From Caldisericota bacterium (GTDB taxonomy: Bacteria; Caldisericota; JANLFM01): a stretch of DNA of 64,000 nt. Each line of letters begins with the position of its first letter. Positions within the stretch are counted from its first letter, which is position 1. The DNA lies in NCBI GenBank assembly GCA_024655965.1, contig JANLFL010000006.1, forward strand, positions 879-64,878, written 5' to 3'. This document shows positions 29,706-38,219 of this stretch, one piece after another. Under the pieces are notes generated by a model, which did no database searches, was not told where the DNA came from, and was given only the letters and a program-made list of their open reading frames with translations. Position numbers and translations under genes: made by a program.

Positions 29706-30426
29706 ACCTGTGTACGTTTCCTTTTCCCGGATCTCGGCATATTTAAGCTGTCCTTACCGGTATTTCCTCCAGTACGTCCAGGGGTTTAAACCGCCTGCGA
29801 ACCATCTGATGAGCTTTGGAACTTCACTTCATGCTGCCCTGCGGGACTTTTATTCCCAGGGAAAGATCCCTCCCACCCTGGACGATTTATTTTTTCACTA
29901 CTTCCGGAATTGGTCCTCATTCGGCTTCCGGAGCAGGGAGCTCGAAACCCGGTTCTTCCAGGAAGGCCTTTCCATCCTTGAGGAATACTACGATAGGAAT
30001 ATCGGAGACTTCTCTCCCGCTCTTTTCGTGGAGCGTAAGTTCAGGGCGGAAATTAAGGGGATTCCCTTTTTAGGAATTGCTGACCGGATTGACAGGCTCC
30101 GGGACGGTTCCCTTAGGGTCCTTGATTATAAAACTTACCACCGGAACGAAGTTAATGAACTTCAACTCCTTCTTTATCGCCTGGCCCTGGAAGAGGTCTT
30201 CGGGTATCCCCCTCAAGAGCTGGTTTTTTATTTCCTCAAGGAACAGGAGACCTTAAAAGTGGAAGCAAGCCAAGAAGCTCTGGAAGAGGCTGAGGAAGCT
30301 TTAATCAGGGTGAGCGAAGGGATCTCAAGAGGAATTTTCACCAAAACCAGGGGTCAAAGCTGTCTGAACTGCGATTTCCAAAGGTTCTGCGAGCTTGAGG
30401 ATCTGGATTTCCAGGAGGAATTTTAA
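29692..30426 (+). CDS. Cas4/RecB-like PD-(D/E)XK nuclease with a four-Cys Fe-S cluster motif
   Basis: An N-terminal Cys (YLSCPYRY), motif II GIADRID, motif III VLDYKT, QLLLY (QxxxY), and C-terminal CLNCDFQRFC. The start is the TTG at 29692 or the GTG at 29710. Confidence 0.75.
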   Translation: MWGIEPVYVSFSRISAYLSCPYRYFLQYVQGFKPPANHLMSFGTSLHAALRDFYSQGKIPPTLDDLFFHYFRNWSSFGFRSRELETRFFQEGLSILEEYYDRNIGDFSPALFVERKFRAEIKGIPFLGIADRIDRLRDGSLRVLDYKTYHRNEVNELQLLLYRLALEEVFGYPPQELVFYFLKEQETLKVEASQEALEEAEEALIRVSEGISRGIFTKTRGQSCLNCDFQRFCELEDLDFQEEF

Positions 30427-31700
30427 TCCCTGTGATGGAGCAGGGGAGCGGCGATGAAACTCAACCCCTTTTCGGTTAGGGCTTTTGCCGTAAGATTGAT
30501 GGACTCGTGTTTGTCCAAAAAGTTGCGCAGAAGTAAAGGCATTTCCCCCTTTTCCTCAATTTCCGATTTAAACCTGAAATAATCAAGAATATCCGAAGGG
30601 TGCTCCCTTTGCTTTTCAACCTCGATTTCTCCGCCTTCGTGCTTAGCTGAGATGTTGGCTACATGATCTGCCAGTTCAACCAGTTCTTCCCGGCGATTGT
30701 AGGGCTGAATCACGATGCTCTTCCAGGTTTCCGTGATGTGATGTTCAAAGCGGACTACCTTTTCGAACCCCAGTGCTTCCCGGAACTGTGCGGAAACCTC
30801 CATCGTCCGGTTATTCACTGAGTTCGACCAGTTGAATCCCACGAGGGGTGAAGTCCCGTCGTCGCGAGAAAAGAGCTTCGCGGCCAAGAGCGTCCAGAGG
30901 GCAGCGTAGGGGTTATCGTTCCCCATAAAAACGGAGATCTTGAATTCGATGTCGATTCCCAGTTTGAAGAGGAAATAGCCTAAAATGACGGTTCCGGGAT
31001 TGATGTTTAAAACCTGCTTGATCCCGTAATTTGTATAGTAATAAAGGAGCTCTTCCACCCACTTGAGGGGGTGGTCGTTTGGTTGTCCTACTCCTCCGAA
31101 GTAGCCGGTGATCGTTTCCGGTCCTCCCAAGTGGATATTTGAGCCGTCAGTTCCCTTCGTGTCCAGTGTCTCCACGTAACTTGAGCCCATGATTTGCATG
31201 GCGGAACCAAAGGCCAAGAGATCCCCCTGATCTGCCTCGGATTCCTTCATCTTCCTCACCCTGATGAACCTCCCGGGCATCAACTCCCTTTTTTCCAGGG
31301 CTTGCTGGGCCTCAGCGATGATCCAGGGAAAATACTGAGCAGCGCTAATTTCCAGGGTGACCGCATAATCTTCTTTAAATTTAAATTTGGGGTAATCCTG
31401 TCCCAGGACTTTCTCCCGGAACTGGCGAACCGTGATGAACCTTCCCCTGTCCCTCTGCTCCTTCAGCCACAGGACATCTTTGAGGTATGGGGAGCCCATC
31501 TCTTTTAAACGGGAGATTTGATTCTCCAGTTTCCTCGCCTCCGCTGCTTTGCGGTTGATCTCCTCGGGGTTTCCAAATTTTTCAATCACGTCGAGGAACT
31601 CCTCGATCACGATCATATCCGGGCGGGATAAAACCTCATTGATGGCTTCAAGGCGTTCAGGAGGGATTCGGAGCCTGCCTCTCATTTCATTTCTGTCCAT
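30423..31700 (-). CDS. Hypothetical protein, 425 aa, family not recognised
   Basis: A long ORF with coding-like composition and no competing ORF. Its N-terminus is helical and charged. The central region reads GGPETITGYFGGVGQPNDHP...FKISVFMGNDNPYAALW. I found no diagnostic motif. Confidence 0.6.
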   Translation of the reverse strand: MDRNEMRGRLRIPPERLEAINEVLSRPDMIVIEEFLDVIEKFGNPEEINRKAAEARKLENQISRLKEMGSPYLKDVLWLKEQRDRGRFITVRQFREKVLGQDYPKFKFKEDYAVTLEISAAQYFPWIIAEAQQALEKRELMPGRFIRVRKMKESEADQGDLLAFGSAMQIMGSSYVETLDTKGTDGSNIHLGGPETITGYFGGVGQPNDHPLKWVEELLYYYTNYGIKQVLNINPGTVILGYFLFKLGIDIEFKISVFMGNDNPYAALWTLLAAKLFSRDDGTSPLVGFNWSNSVNNRTMEVSAQFREALGFEKVVRFEHHITETWKSIVIQPYNRREELVELADHVANISAKHEGGEIEVEKQREHPSDILDYFRFKSEIEEKGEMPLLLRNFLDKHESINLTAKALTEKGLSFIAAPLLHHRD

Positions 31701-31839
31701 GGAAAGCCTCCTTTTGGCGTTCTCTCATAATTTTACCAGATGGAAGTGAATAAAAATGGAGGAACAATTGGAGAACTTGTTATAAAATCAACTTAGCCTT
31801 TTTAAAAAAGGACCAGTCCTTTAACGGAGAAGGAGGGAA

Positions 31840-32889
31840 ATGTATAAATTAGCTCTTGTCGGTTTCGGGGTTGTTGGTCAAGGTTTTTGCGAACTTCTCT
31901 CTTCGAAAAAGAATTTTCTAAAAAAGAATTTCAATCTGGATTACAGGGTTGTAGCCATTTCAGACTCTCAGAAGGGTTCGGTTTTTTCCCGGGAAGGTAT
32001 CGATCTCTCAAAAGCTCTGGAATGGGTCAAAGGCGGAAGGAGTTTGGACGAATTTCCCGGGGATGAAAACGGCTGGGACGCCTTGACAACCATCGAAAGA
32101 TCCGGGGCGGATATCCTTTTTGAGGCCACCTGGACGGACATCCGCACGGGAGAACCAGGATTGAGCCATATCAGGAAGGCTCTGGAGAAGGGGATGCACG
32201 TAGTGACCACTAACAAGGGCCCGATCGCCCTTTTCGGAAATCAGTTGCAAAGGGATGCAGAGGAAAAGGGCCTGTTTTTGCGCTTCGAAGGTACGGTTAT
32301 GAGCGGCACTCCCCTTTTGAACCTCATCCGGGAGTGCCTGGCAGGTTGCCAGATCCAGGAAATAAGGGGGATCGTGAATGGGACGACCAACTTCATCCTC
32401 ACCCAGATGTTCGAGGGAAAATCATACGCCGAGGCATTGAAAACTGCTCAGGAACTCGGTTACGCGGAAGCAGTTCCCGATGCGGACGTTTTAGGATGGG
32501 ACGCACTGGCGAAGGCCTGCATTTTAGCCAATACTGTTTTTGGGGCTCAAATCAAACCTGACCCGGATAAACTTCCCTGCCAAGGCATCGACAAGGTTTC
32601 ATTAAAGGATATCGAACAAGCCAAAAGCGAGGGAATGGTGATCAAGTTGATTGCCCGGGTTTTTATAGAAAACGGTGAGGTCCGAGTAAAGGTCTCACCG
32701 GAGAGGATCCCCCTTAGCGATCCCCTTTCAGGTATAAAGGGAGCGAAAAACGCCCTGACCATCAAAACCGATGCTCTCGATGAGATTACGATTACCGGGT
32801 ACGGTGCGGGAAAAACTCCCACCGGGTTTGCCATGCTGGTGGATTTCCTGGATATTCATAAAAAACTTTCAAGGAGAGGAAATGAATAG
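31840..32889 (+). CDS. hom: Homoserine dehydrogenase-like NAD(P)-binding dehydrogenase, without an ACT domain
   Basis: Rossmann motif LVGFGVVGQG, then VNGTTNFILTQM and AQELGYAEAVPDADVLGWDALAKACILA, which resemble Hom catalytic-domain motifs. Confidence 0.7.
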   Translation: MYKLALVGFGVVGQGFCELLSSKKNFLKKNFNLDYRVVAISDSQKGSVFSREGIDLSKALEWVKGGRSLDEFPGDENGWDALTTIERSGADILFEATWTDIRTGEPGLSHIRKALEKGMHVVTTNKGPIALFGNQLQRDAEEKGLFLRFEGTVMSGTPLLNLIRECLAGCQIQEIRGIVNGTTNFILTQMFEGKSYAEALKTAQELGYAEAVPDADVLGWDALAKACILANTVFGAQIKPDPDKLPCQGIDKVSLKDIEQAKSEGMVIKLIARVFIENGEVRVKVSPERIPLSDPLSGIKGAKNALTIKTDALDEITITGYGAGKTPTGFAMLVDFLDIHKKLSRRGNE

Positions 32890-34660
32890 CCCATTATTTG
32901 ACCGTTACCTTCGGGTGGACCTTAATAAAAGGTCTTTTTCCGCAGAAAAGATTGATCGGGATACCCTGAGGAAGTATGTGGGTGGGAAAGGGGTGGGGCT
33001 CTCCCTCCTTTATCAACTTGACAAGTCCGACGATCCTTTTGATCCCTCGAACCCTTTGATTCTCACAACCGGTCCCCTCACCGGTTCAATCATCCAGACC
33101 TCTGCCCGCTCGGTGATCGTCACCCGTTCTCCGCTTACGGGAAATTTCCTCGACTCCGGGGCCGGGGGCCATTTCGGTCCAGCATTAAGGAGGGCTGGCT
33201 GGGACTATGTCTCAATCACCGGTGCTTCCCCTGAACCCCTGTATTTGCTCATCAAGCCATCAGGGGTGGAGTTCAAGGATGCCTCTGACCTCTGGGGAAA
33301 AGATATCTTCGAAACCGAGAGGATCCTCAAGGAAAGGCATCCTGGGAGCAGGGTGGCCTCAATTGGTCCAGGGGGAGAAAATCTGGTCCGGTTTGCCTGC
33401 ATCGGGACTGAACTATATCGGCAATTCGGAAGGGGTGGAGCTGGAGCGGTGATGGGGTCAAAAAAATTGAAAGCGGTAGTTGTACAGGGGAACGAGAGGA
33501 TCGAATACGCCGACGAAAAGCGATTCCAGGAGCTGGCCAGGGAAATCGTGGAAGAATTGAAGGTCCACCCCAATGCCAAAAGAAGGTATGACCTGGGGAC
33601 GATGATGTGGGTAAGAATGGGGCAGGAGATCGGACATTTCCTCCCCACTCGGAATTTTCAAAGAAGCGAATTCCCCGAATACGAAGGGATTACCGCGGAG
33701 ACCATGAAAAGAGAGCTGGAATGGAAATCCGTTGGCTGCTTCGGGTGTGCCATCATCCGTTGCGCCAAATTCGCCAAGTGGAATGGCTTCGAGCTTGAAG
33801 GGCCTGAATATGAGACTACCGCTTTCCTTGGTTCCAATTGCTGCCTGAAAAATGCAAAGGATGTTGCTTATGCCAACTGGCTCTGCGATCGGTACGGACT
33901 GGATACTATTTCCACCGGGGTGACTATCTCCTTTGCCATGGAATGCGCGGAAAGGGGACTCCTGGAAAAGCAGGATAACCAAAGGATTCACTTCGGTTCA
34001 GCCCCCGCGGTTCATTCCCTGATCGAAGAGATCGCTTTCCGGAGGGGAATCGGGGAAATCCTCGCCGAGGGTACGCGAAGGGCATCGAGGATTATCGGCA
34101 AAGGCAGCGAGTACTTCGCCATCAACATTTCCGGGATGGAGATTTCCGGGGTGAACATTTTGGGTTGCTATTCCATGGGTTTGAACCTGGCCACGGCGGA
34201 TTTTGGCAGCCACACCCGTTTCTGGAGCGCCACCGACGAGATGAACAATGCGCTCAGCCTGGAAGGGTTACCCGCCTACATAAAAAAGGGACAGGATGAG
34301 ATAAATGTTCGAAATAGCATGGTAATCTGCGATTTCTTCCCCTTCGGTTTGGACCGACTTGCTCCCTTCATGGAAGCGGCAACGGGCTTCGACTACACAG
34401 CCCAGGAATTGCTTGAGGTTGGGGAGCGGATCCATTCGCTCTCCCGGCTTTACAATCTCAAAACCGGAAGGACCCATGCCGACGATACCCTTCCCCCCCG
34501 CTTTTTCGAGGAGGAAAGTACTGCTGGCCTGATGAAAGGTAGAAAAATCCCTCGAGAGTTTTTTGAAAAACAGGTTCAGGAGATCTTTTCACTCAGAGGA
34601 TGGGACCAGGAAGGGCGGCCCAGGCCTGAAACACTGAAAAAGCTGAAGATCGAATTTTAA
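32882..34660 (+). CDS. aor: Aldehyde:ferredoxin oxidoreductase (tungstopterin AOR family)
   Basis: The N-terminus LRVDLNKRSFSAEKIDRDTLRKYVGGKGVGLSLLY is AOR-like, and the protein is 592 aa. The ATG at 32882 overlaps the hom 3' end by 8 nt. The ORF-track start at 32771 lies inside hom. Confidence 0.85.
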   Translation: MNSPLFDRYLRVDLNKRSFSAEKIDRDTLRKYVGGKGVGLSLLYQLDKSDDPFDPSNPLILTTGPLTGSIIQTSARSVIVTRSPLTGNFLDSGAGGHFGPALRRAGWDYVSITGASPEPLYLLIKPSGVEFKDASDLWGKDIFETERILKERHPGSRVASIGPGGENLVRFACIGTELYRQFGRGGAGAVMGSKKLKAVVVQGNERIEYADEKRFQELAREIVEELKVHPNAKRRYDLGTMMWVRMGQEIGHFLPTRNFQRSEFPEYEGITAETMKRELEWKSVGCFGCAIIRCAKFAKWNGFELEGPEYETTAFLGSNCCLKNAKDVAYANWLCDRYGLDTISTGVTISFAMECAERGLLEKQDNQRIHFGSAPAVHSLIEEIAFRRGIGEILAEGTRRASRIIGKGSEYFAINISGMEISGVNILGCYSMGLNLATADFGSHTRFWSATDEMNNALSLEGLPAYIKKGQDEINVRNSMVICDFFPFGLDRLAPFMEAATGFDYTAQELLEVGERIHSLSRLYNLKTGRTHADDTLPPRFFEEESTAGLMKGRKIPREFFEKQVQEIFSLRGWDQEGRPRPETLKKLKIEF

Positions 34661-35085
34661 GCTTTCAGAGTCTCAAAAGCCCTTTTTAAAATTTCCTTAT
34701 CCCCGGGGTAGGTAGCCAGGTTTAAGGCCTCCTCGGGCTGGAAAAAACGCGCTTCCTCGACCTCGAAGTCGTGGTTGTTCAAATCGCCTCCCACCGCCTT
34801 GAACAGAAAGAAGTAAACCTTCTTGTGGTATCTGACCTTTTCCTCGGGGGAGAAAAACCAGTATTCGATCGATCCCAGGGGTTTCTGGATTTCCACCTTT
34901 AAACCCGTTTCTTCTTCCACTTCCCTTAAAGCGGCGACCTCCGGTTTTTCCCCTTTTTCGATTAGCCCCTTGGGGAGGGTCCACGATTTCTGGGTCTTAA
35001 TCAAGGCTATCTCCACCCCTGATCTGGTGGGGCGGTAAACCACTCCCCCTGCGGAAAAAGCCAGTTTAATGGGAGGCTTTTCCAC
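34657..35085 (-). CDS. NUDIX hydrolase
   Basis: Nudix box GLIEKGEKPEVAALREVEEETGL. I place the start at the GTG at 35085, which lies 8 nt after AGGTGG and gives 142 aa. The ORF-track start at 35223 would lie deep inside the aldolase gene. Confidence 0.8.
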   Translation of the reverse strand: MEKPPIKLAFSAGGVVYRPTRSGVEIALIKTQKSWTLPKGLIEKGEKPEVAALREVEEETGLKVEIQKPLGSIEYWFFSPEEKVRYHKKVYFFLFKAVGGDLNNHDFEVEEARFFQPEEALNLATYPGDKEILKRAFETLKA

Positions 35086-35680
35086 GGAAAAATTCCACCT
35101 CCTGGGGTGTGAGGATGTTGAATTTTCCCTGAAGATTTGAAAATACCAGGGTTCTTGCGAAACTTTCCGCCATTTCCAGGAAATCAAAAGCCTCCTCAAG
35201 GGAATGCCCAATCGAGAGGGCACCGTGGTTTAAAAGGACTCCCACTTTCGATTCCCTCATTCCCTCCTTCACCGCAAGAGCTAACTCCGCAGTTCCGGGC
35301 CGAAAATACGGGATTTTGGCGATTTTCCCAAGCACCATTTCCATCTCGGGAAGGATGGGAATGAAATCCTGCCCGGTGACCGCCATGACCGTGAGAAAAG
35401 GGGGGTGGGCGTGGATGATTGCATTGACCTCGGTCCGGGTTTTATAAATTTCGAAATGCATCCGGCTCTCGCTGGAGGGTCTCCCCTCGGTCAGGGGTTT
35501 TCCCTCGAGATCGGTTTCCAGAATTTGTTCCGGGCTCAGGCGGTGTTTCGGGAGCCCAGCAGGGGTGATGAAAATCCTTTCTCCCCTGCGAAAGGAAAGA
35601 TTGCCGCCGTAGCCAAAGTTAAGCCTCCTTTGGTATAAGAGCTTTCCAAAATTTACAATTTCTTCCCGGATATCGCTCAC
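35066..35680 (-). CDS. Class II aldolase/adducin family protein (FucA/MtnB-like)
   Basis: GNLSFRRGERIFITPAG...SSESRMHFEIY...AIIHAHPP contains the zinc-ligand His motifs of class II aldolases. Confidence 0.8.
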   Translation of the reverse strand: MSDIREEIVNFGKLLYQRRLNFGYGGNLSFRRGERIFITPAGLPKHRLSPEQILETDLEGKPLTEGRPSSESRMHFEIYKTRTEVNAIIHAHPPFLTVMAVTGQDFIPILPEMEMVLGKIAKIPYFRPGTAELALAVKEGMRESKVGVLLNHGALSIGHSLEEAFDFLEMAESFARTLVFSNLQGKFNILTPQEVEFFRGKASH

Positions 35681-35733
35681 GGATAAAATGTTAGCAAAAT
35701 CTTAATTTTTCTTTAATGAGTTAAAATAAGGCC

Positions 35734-37083
35734 ATGGTGAAACTCGTTTTTTACGGCGGCGTTGGGGAAATCGGAGGAAATAAAGTCCTCCTCCAGGATG
35801 GTGATACCAGGATCTTCCTCGATTTTGGGAAAAGCTTCTCCAGGAGAGCTTACTACTTCGATGACCCCTTTCTTGTCCCCAGGGAAATTGAGGACTTCCT
35901 TGAGCTTGAGCTGATCGAACCCATTCAGGGGGTTTACAAGATCCCCAATGCTTCTGAAACCCAGAAATTGGTGGACGCAATTTTTATTTCCCATGTCCAC
36001 GCGGATCATGTTGACCACGCCTCCTTGAGCCATCCTATGATCCCAATTTACGTAGGGGAAACGGGGAGGCTGATACTGAACAGCCTTGGGGTAACCAGGT
36101 TTCGTCAGATCGACAACGACCTCTCGGAGCTCCAGTTTCGAACCTTCAGAACTGGTAGCACTTTGAAAGTGGGAAGGATGGAGATCGAGCCCATCCACGT
36201 TGACCATTCGATCCCCGGATCTTACGGTTTCATTGTCCATACCTCCCAAGGACCGATGGTATACACGGGGGATTTCAGACTTCACGGCCCTAACTCCCAC
36301 CTTTCCTGGGACTTCCTGAATCGAGCCAAAGAGGTGCAGCCCGTGGCATTGATTTCCGAGGGGACAAATGCTTTCGCCACCACCTTCTTGAAGGAGAAGG
36401 AAATCGAGGAGAAAATGGAGGTCCTGATCAGATCCTCAAAGGGCCTGGTGGCTGTTTCTTTTCTCTTTAAGGACGTTGACCGATACCGGTCCATTTATCG
36501 GGCATGCAAAAACGCGGGGAGGAAGCTGGTTCTTTCCTTAAAGCATGCCCATCTTCTCCGCTCCTTGAGAAACGATTCCAAACTGACCACTTCCATCCCC
36601 TTGCCCGGCGAGGAAGAGGTCTATTTCCTCGTAAGGAGAAGGGGTTGCACCTACGAATGGGAGATGGAGCTTAGTTCTCAGCTCGAAAAAATGGGAAGGT
36701 TGGTGACCTCGGAGCTCATCAGAGAGAACCAGAAGGAGTTCGTGGTCAACTTGAACCTTTTCGACCTTCCCGAGCTGGTAAAGATAAAACCATTGCCCGG
36801 GAGCATCTTCATCCTTTCATTGACCGAGCCTTTCAACGAGGAGATGGAACTTGATTACGAAAGGCTCACCCATTGGTTGGAGCACTTCGGAATGCCTCTT
36901 TATTCACTTCATTCCTCAGGCCATGTGCTTCCCCATGACTTAAAAGGAGCGGTGGAATATTTGAATCCCGAGAAGGTCTTTTTGATCCATTCGGAGGAAC
37001 CCCTCCTCCTTTCAAAGTATCTTTCCGATTCAGCCAGCGAGGTCGTTATTCCCGAAAAGGGCAAGGAATATCTTTTTGGTTGA
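35734..37083 (+). CDS. MBL-fold metallo-hydrolase, RNase J/beta-CASP-like
   Basis: MVKLVFYGGVGEIGGNKVLLQDGDTRIFLDFG is an RNase J-like N-terminus. HVHADH matches HxHxDH, and the C-terminal HSSGH is typical of beta-CASP. Confidence 0.7.
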   Translation: MVKLVFYGGVGEIGGNKVLLQDGDTRIFLDFGKSFSRRAYYFDDPFLVPREIEDFLELELIEPIQGVYKIPNASETQKLVDAIFISHVHADHVDHASLSHPMIPIYVGETGRLILNSLGVTRFRQIDNDLSELQFRTFRTGSTLKVGRMEIEPIHVDHSIPGSYGFIVHTSQGPMVYTGDFRLHGPNSHLSWDFLNRAKEVQPVALISEGTNAFATTFLKEKEIEEKMEVLIRSSKGLVAVSFLFKDVDRYRSIYRACKNAGRKLVLSLKHAHLLRSLRNDSKLTTSIPLPGEEEVYFLVRRRGCTYEWEMELSSQLEKMGRLVTSELIRENQKEFVVNLNLFDLPELVKIKPLPGSIFILSLTEPFNEEMELDYERLTHWLEHFGMPLYSLHSSGHVLPHDLKGAVEYLNPEKVFLIHSEEPLLLSKYLSDSASEVVIPEKGKEYLFG

Positions 37084-37151
37084 CGCTGTCAGACAAAGCC
37101 GTTTATTATTTCTTAAAGGAAGGCTTTTAACGAGAAAGAGGTGCGCCCGAA

Positions 37152-37613
37152 TTGAAGGTCGACATCACCTTGAAGGTCAATGGCAAGCTTTTTCAGCTCT
37201 CCCTTCCTCCCTCAACCACCCTTCTTGAGGCTCTTAGGGATCATCTTGGTTTCACTGGGGTAAAGGAGGGCTGCGGAAAAGGGGAATGCGGAGCATGCAC
37301 TGTCCTAATTGACGGAAAACCCATCAACTCTTGTTTGATGCTTGCCCCGCAGGCTGAAGGAAAAGAAGTAATTACAATCGAAGGCCTGAGCGAAAATGGC
37401 CCAACCCCTCTCCAGAAAGCATTCGTAGAGGAGGGAGCGGTCCAGTGTGGATACTGTACCCCGGGAATGATTCTTTCTTTAACTGCTCTTTTGAATCAAA
37501 ACCCATCCCCTTCTGAGGAGGAGATAAAGGAAGCCATCTCCGGGAATCTCTGTCGTTGCACAGGCTACTTAAAAATTATCCAAGCGGTAAAGAGGACAAC
37601 CTCGGGGCAATGA
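37152..37613 (+). CDS. Xanthine-dehydrogenase-family [2Fe-2S] small subunit (CoxS/XdhC-type), copy 1
   Basis: Two 2Fe-2S motifs, GCGKGECGACTV...NSC and QCGYCTPGM...CRCTGY. TTG start after GAGGTG. Confidence 0.88.
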   Translation: MKVDITLKVNGKLFQLSLPPSTTLLEALRDHLGFTGVKEGCGKGECGACTVLIDGKPINSCLMLAPQAEGKEVITIEGLSENGPTPLQKAFVEEGAVQCGYCTPGMILSLTALLNQNPSPSEEEIKEAISGNLCRCTGYLKIIQAVKRTTSGQ

Positions 37614-38215
37614 TTTTCTCTGGCCTAGTCTTGGCAGCGGGAGAGTCGGAAAGAATGGGGACTCCCAAGATGCTTCTCCCATGGAAAGGGAGGACTGTCC
37701 TCGAACAGGTCATCCAGGGCGCATTTGATGGCGGGGTGCAGGAAATTGTAGTTGTCCTGGGGGGCGATAAGGAAAAAATTCAAGAGAAGCTTCAAAAAAA
37801 TACCTGGCCAAAACCATTGAGGATGGTCTTCAATCCGGATTTCAAGAAGGGGATGCTTTCCTCCATCCAAGCAGGTATGAAGGAAATCGACCAAAAATCT
37901 GAGGCGGTCCTTCTCGCTTTGGGGGATCAACCAGCCATTCCCTCACGGATTTACCGGGAACTTCTGGATTTTTTCCCTTCCTGCGGAAAGGGGATCTTGG
38001 TCCCCAGGTATAAGGGAAAAGGAGGTCACCCCATGGTGATATCCAGGAAATATTTTGATTTCATTTTCAGCCTTGATCCCCAAAAGGATAGCCTTCATTC
38101 TCTAACCAAATCCTTTTTTTTCGATATTTTCCACTTAGAGGTCTCCGCGCCGGAGATCCTTCAGGACATAGACAGGCCTGAGGATTTTGAGGCTTTGTCA
38201 AAAAGGGGGGAATAG
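37610..38215 (+). CDS. mocA: Molybdenum cofactor cytidylyltransferase (MobA-like NTP transferase)
   Basis: MIFSGLVLAAGESERMGTPKMLLPW matches the LAAGxSxRMG motif. ATGA overlap with the upstream gene. Confidence 0.8.
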   Translation: MIFSGLVLAAGESERMGTPKMLLPWKGRTVLEQVIQGAFDGGVQEIVVVLGGDKEKIQEKLQKNTWPKPLRMVFNPDFKKGMLSSIQAGMKEIDQKSEAVLLALGDQPAIPSRIYRELLDFFPSCGKGILVPRYKGKGGHPMVISRKYFDFIFSLDPQKDSLHSLTKSFFFDIFHLEVSAPEILQDIDRPEDFEALSKRGE

Positions 38216-38219
38216 TCAA

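Noticed and set aside
31740-31796. 18-codon ORF (MEVNKNGGTIGELVIKST) in the divergent intergenic region
   Set aside because: It is too short, has no RBS and has no recognisable features. It most likely occurs by chance within the promoter region.
33458-33991. 177-aa minus-strand ORF inside aor, with a similar one at 33205-33648
   Set aside because: It is antisense to a well-supported AOR coding frame.
35713-36300. 195-aa minus-strand ORF and the overlapping 92-aa ORF at 35702-35980
   Set aside because: They are antisense to the 5' half of the MBL/RNase J-like gene (HVHADH motif on the plus strand) and have no motifs of their own.
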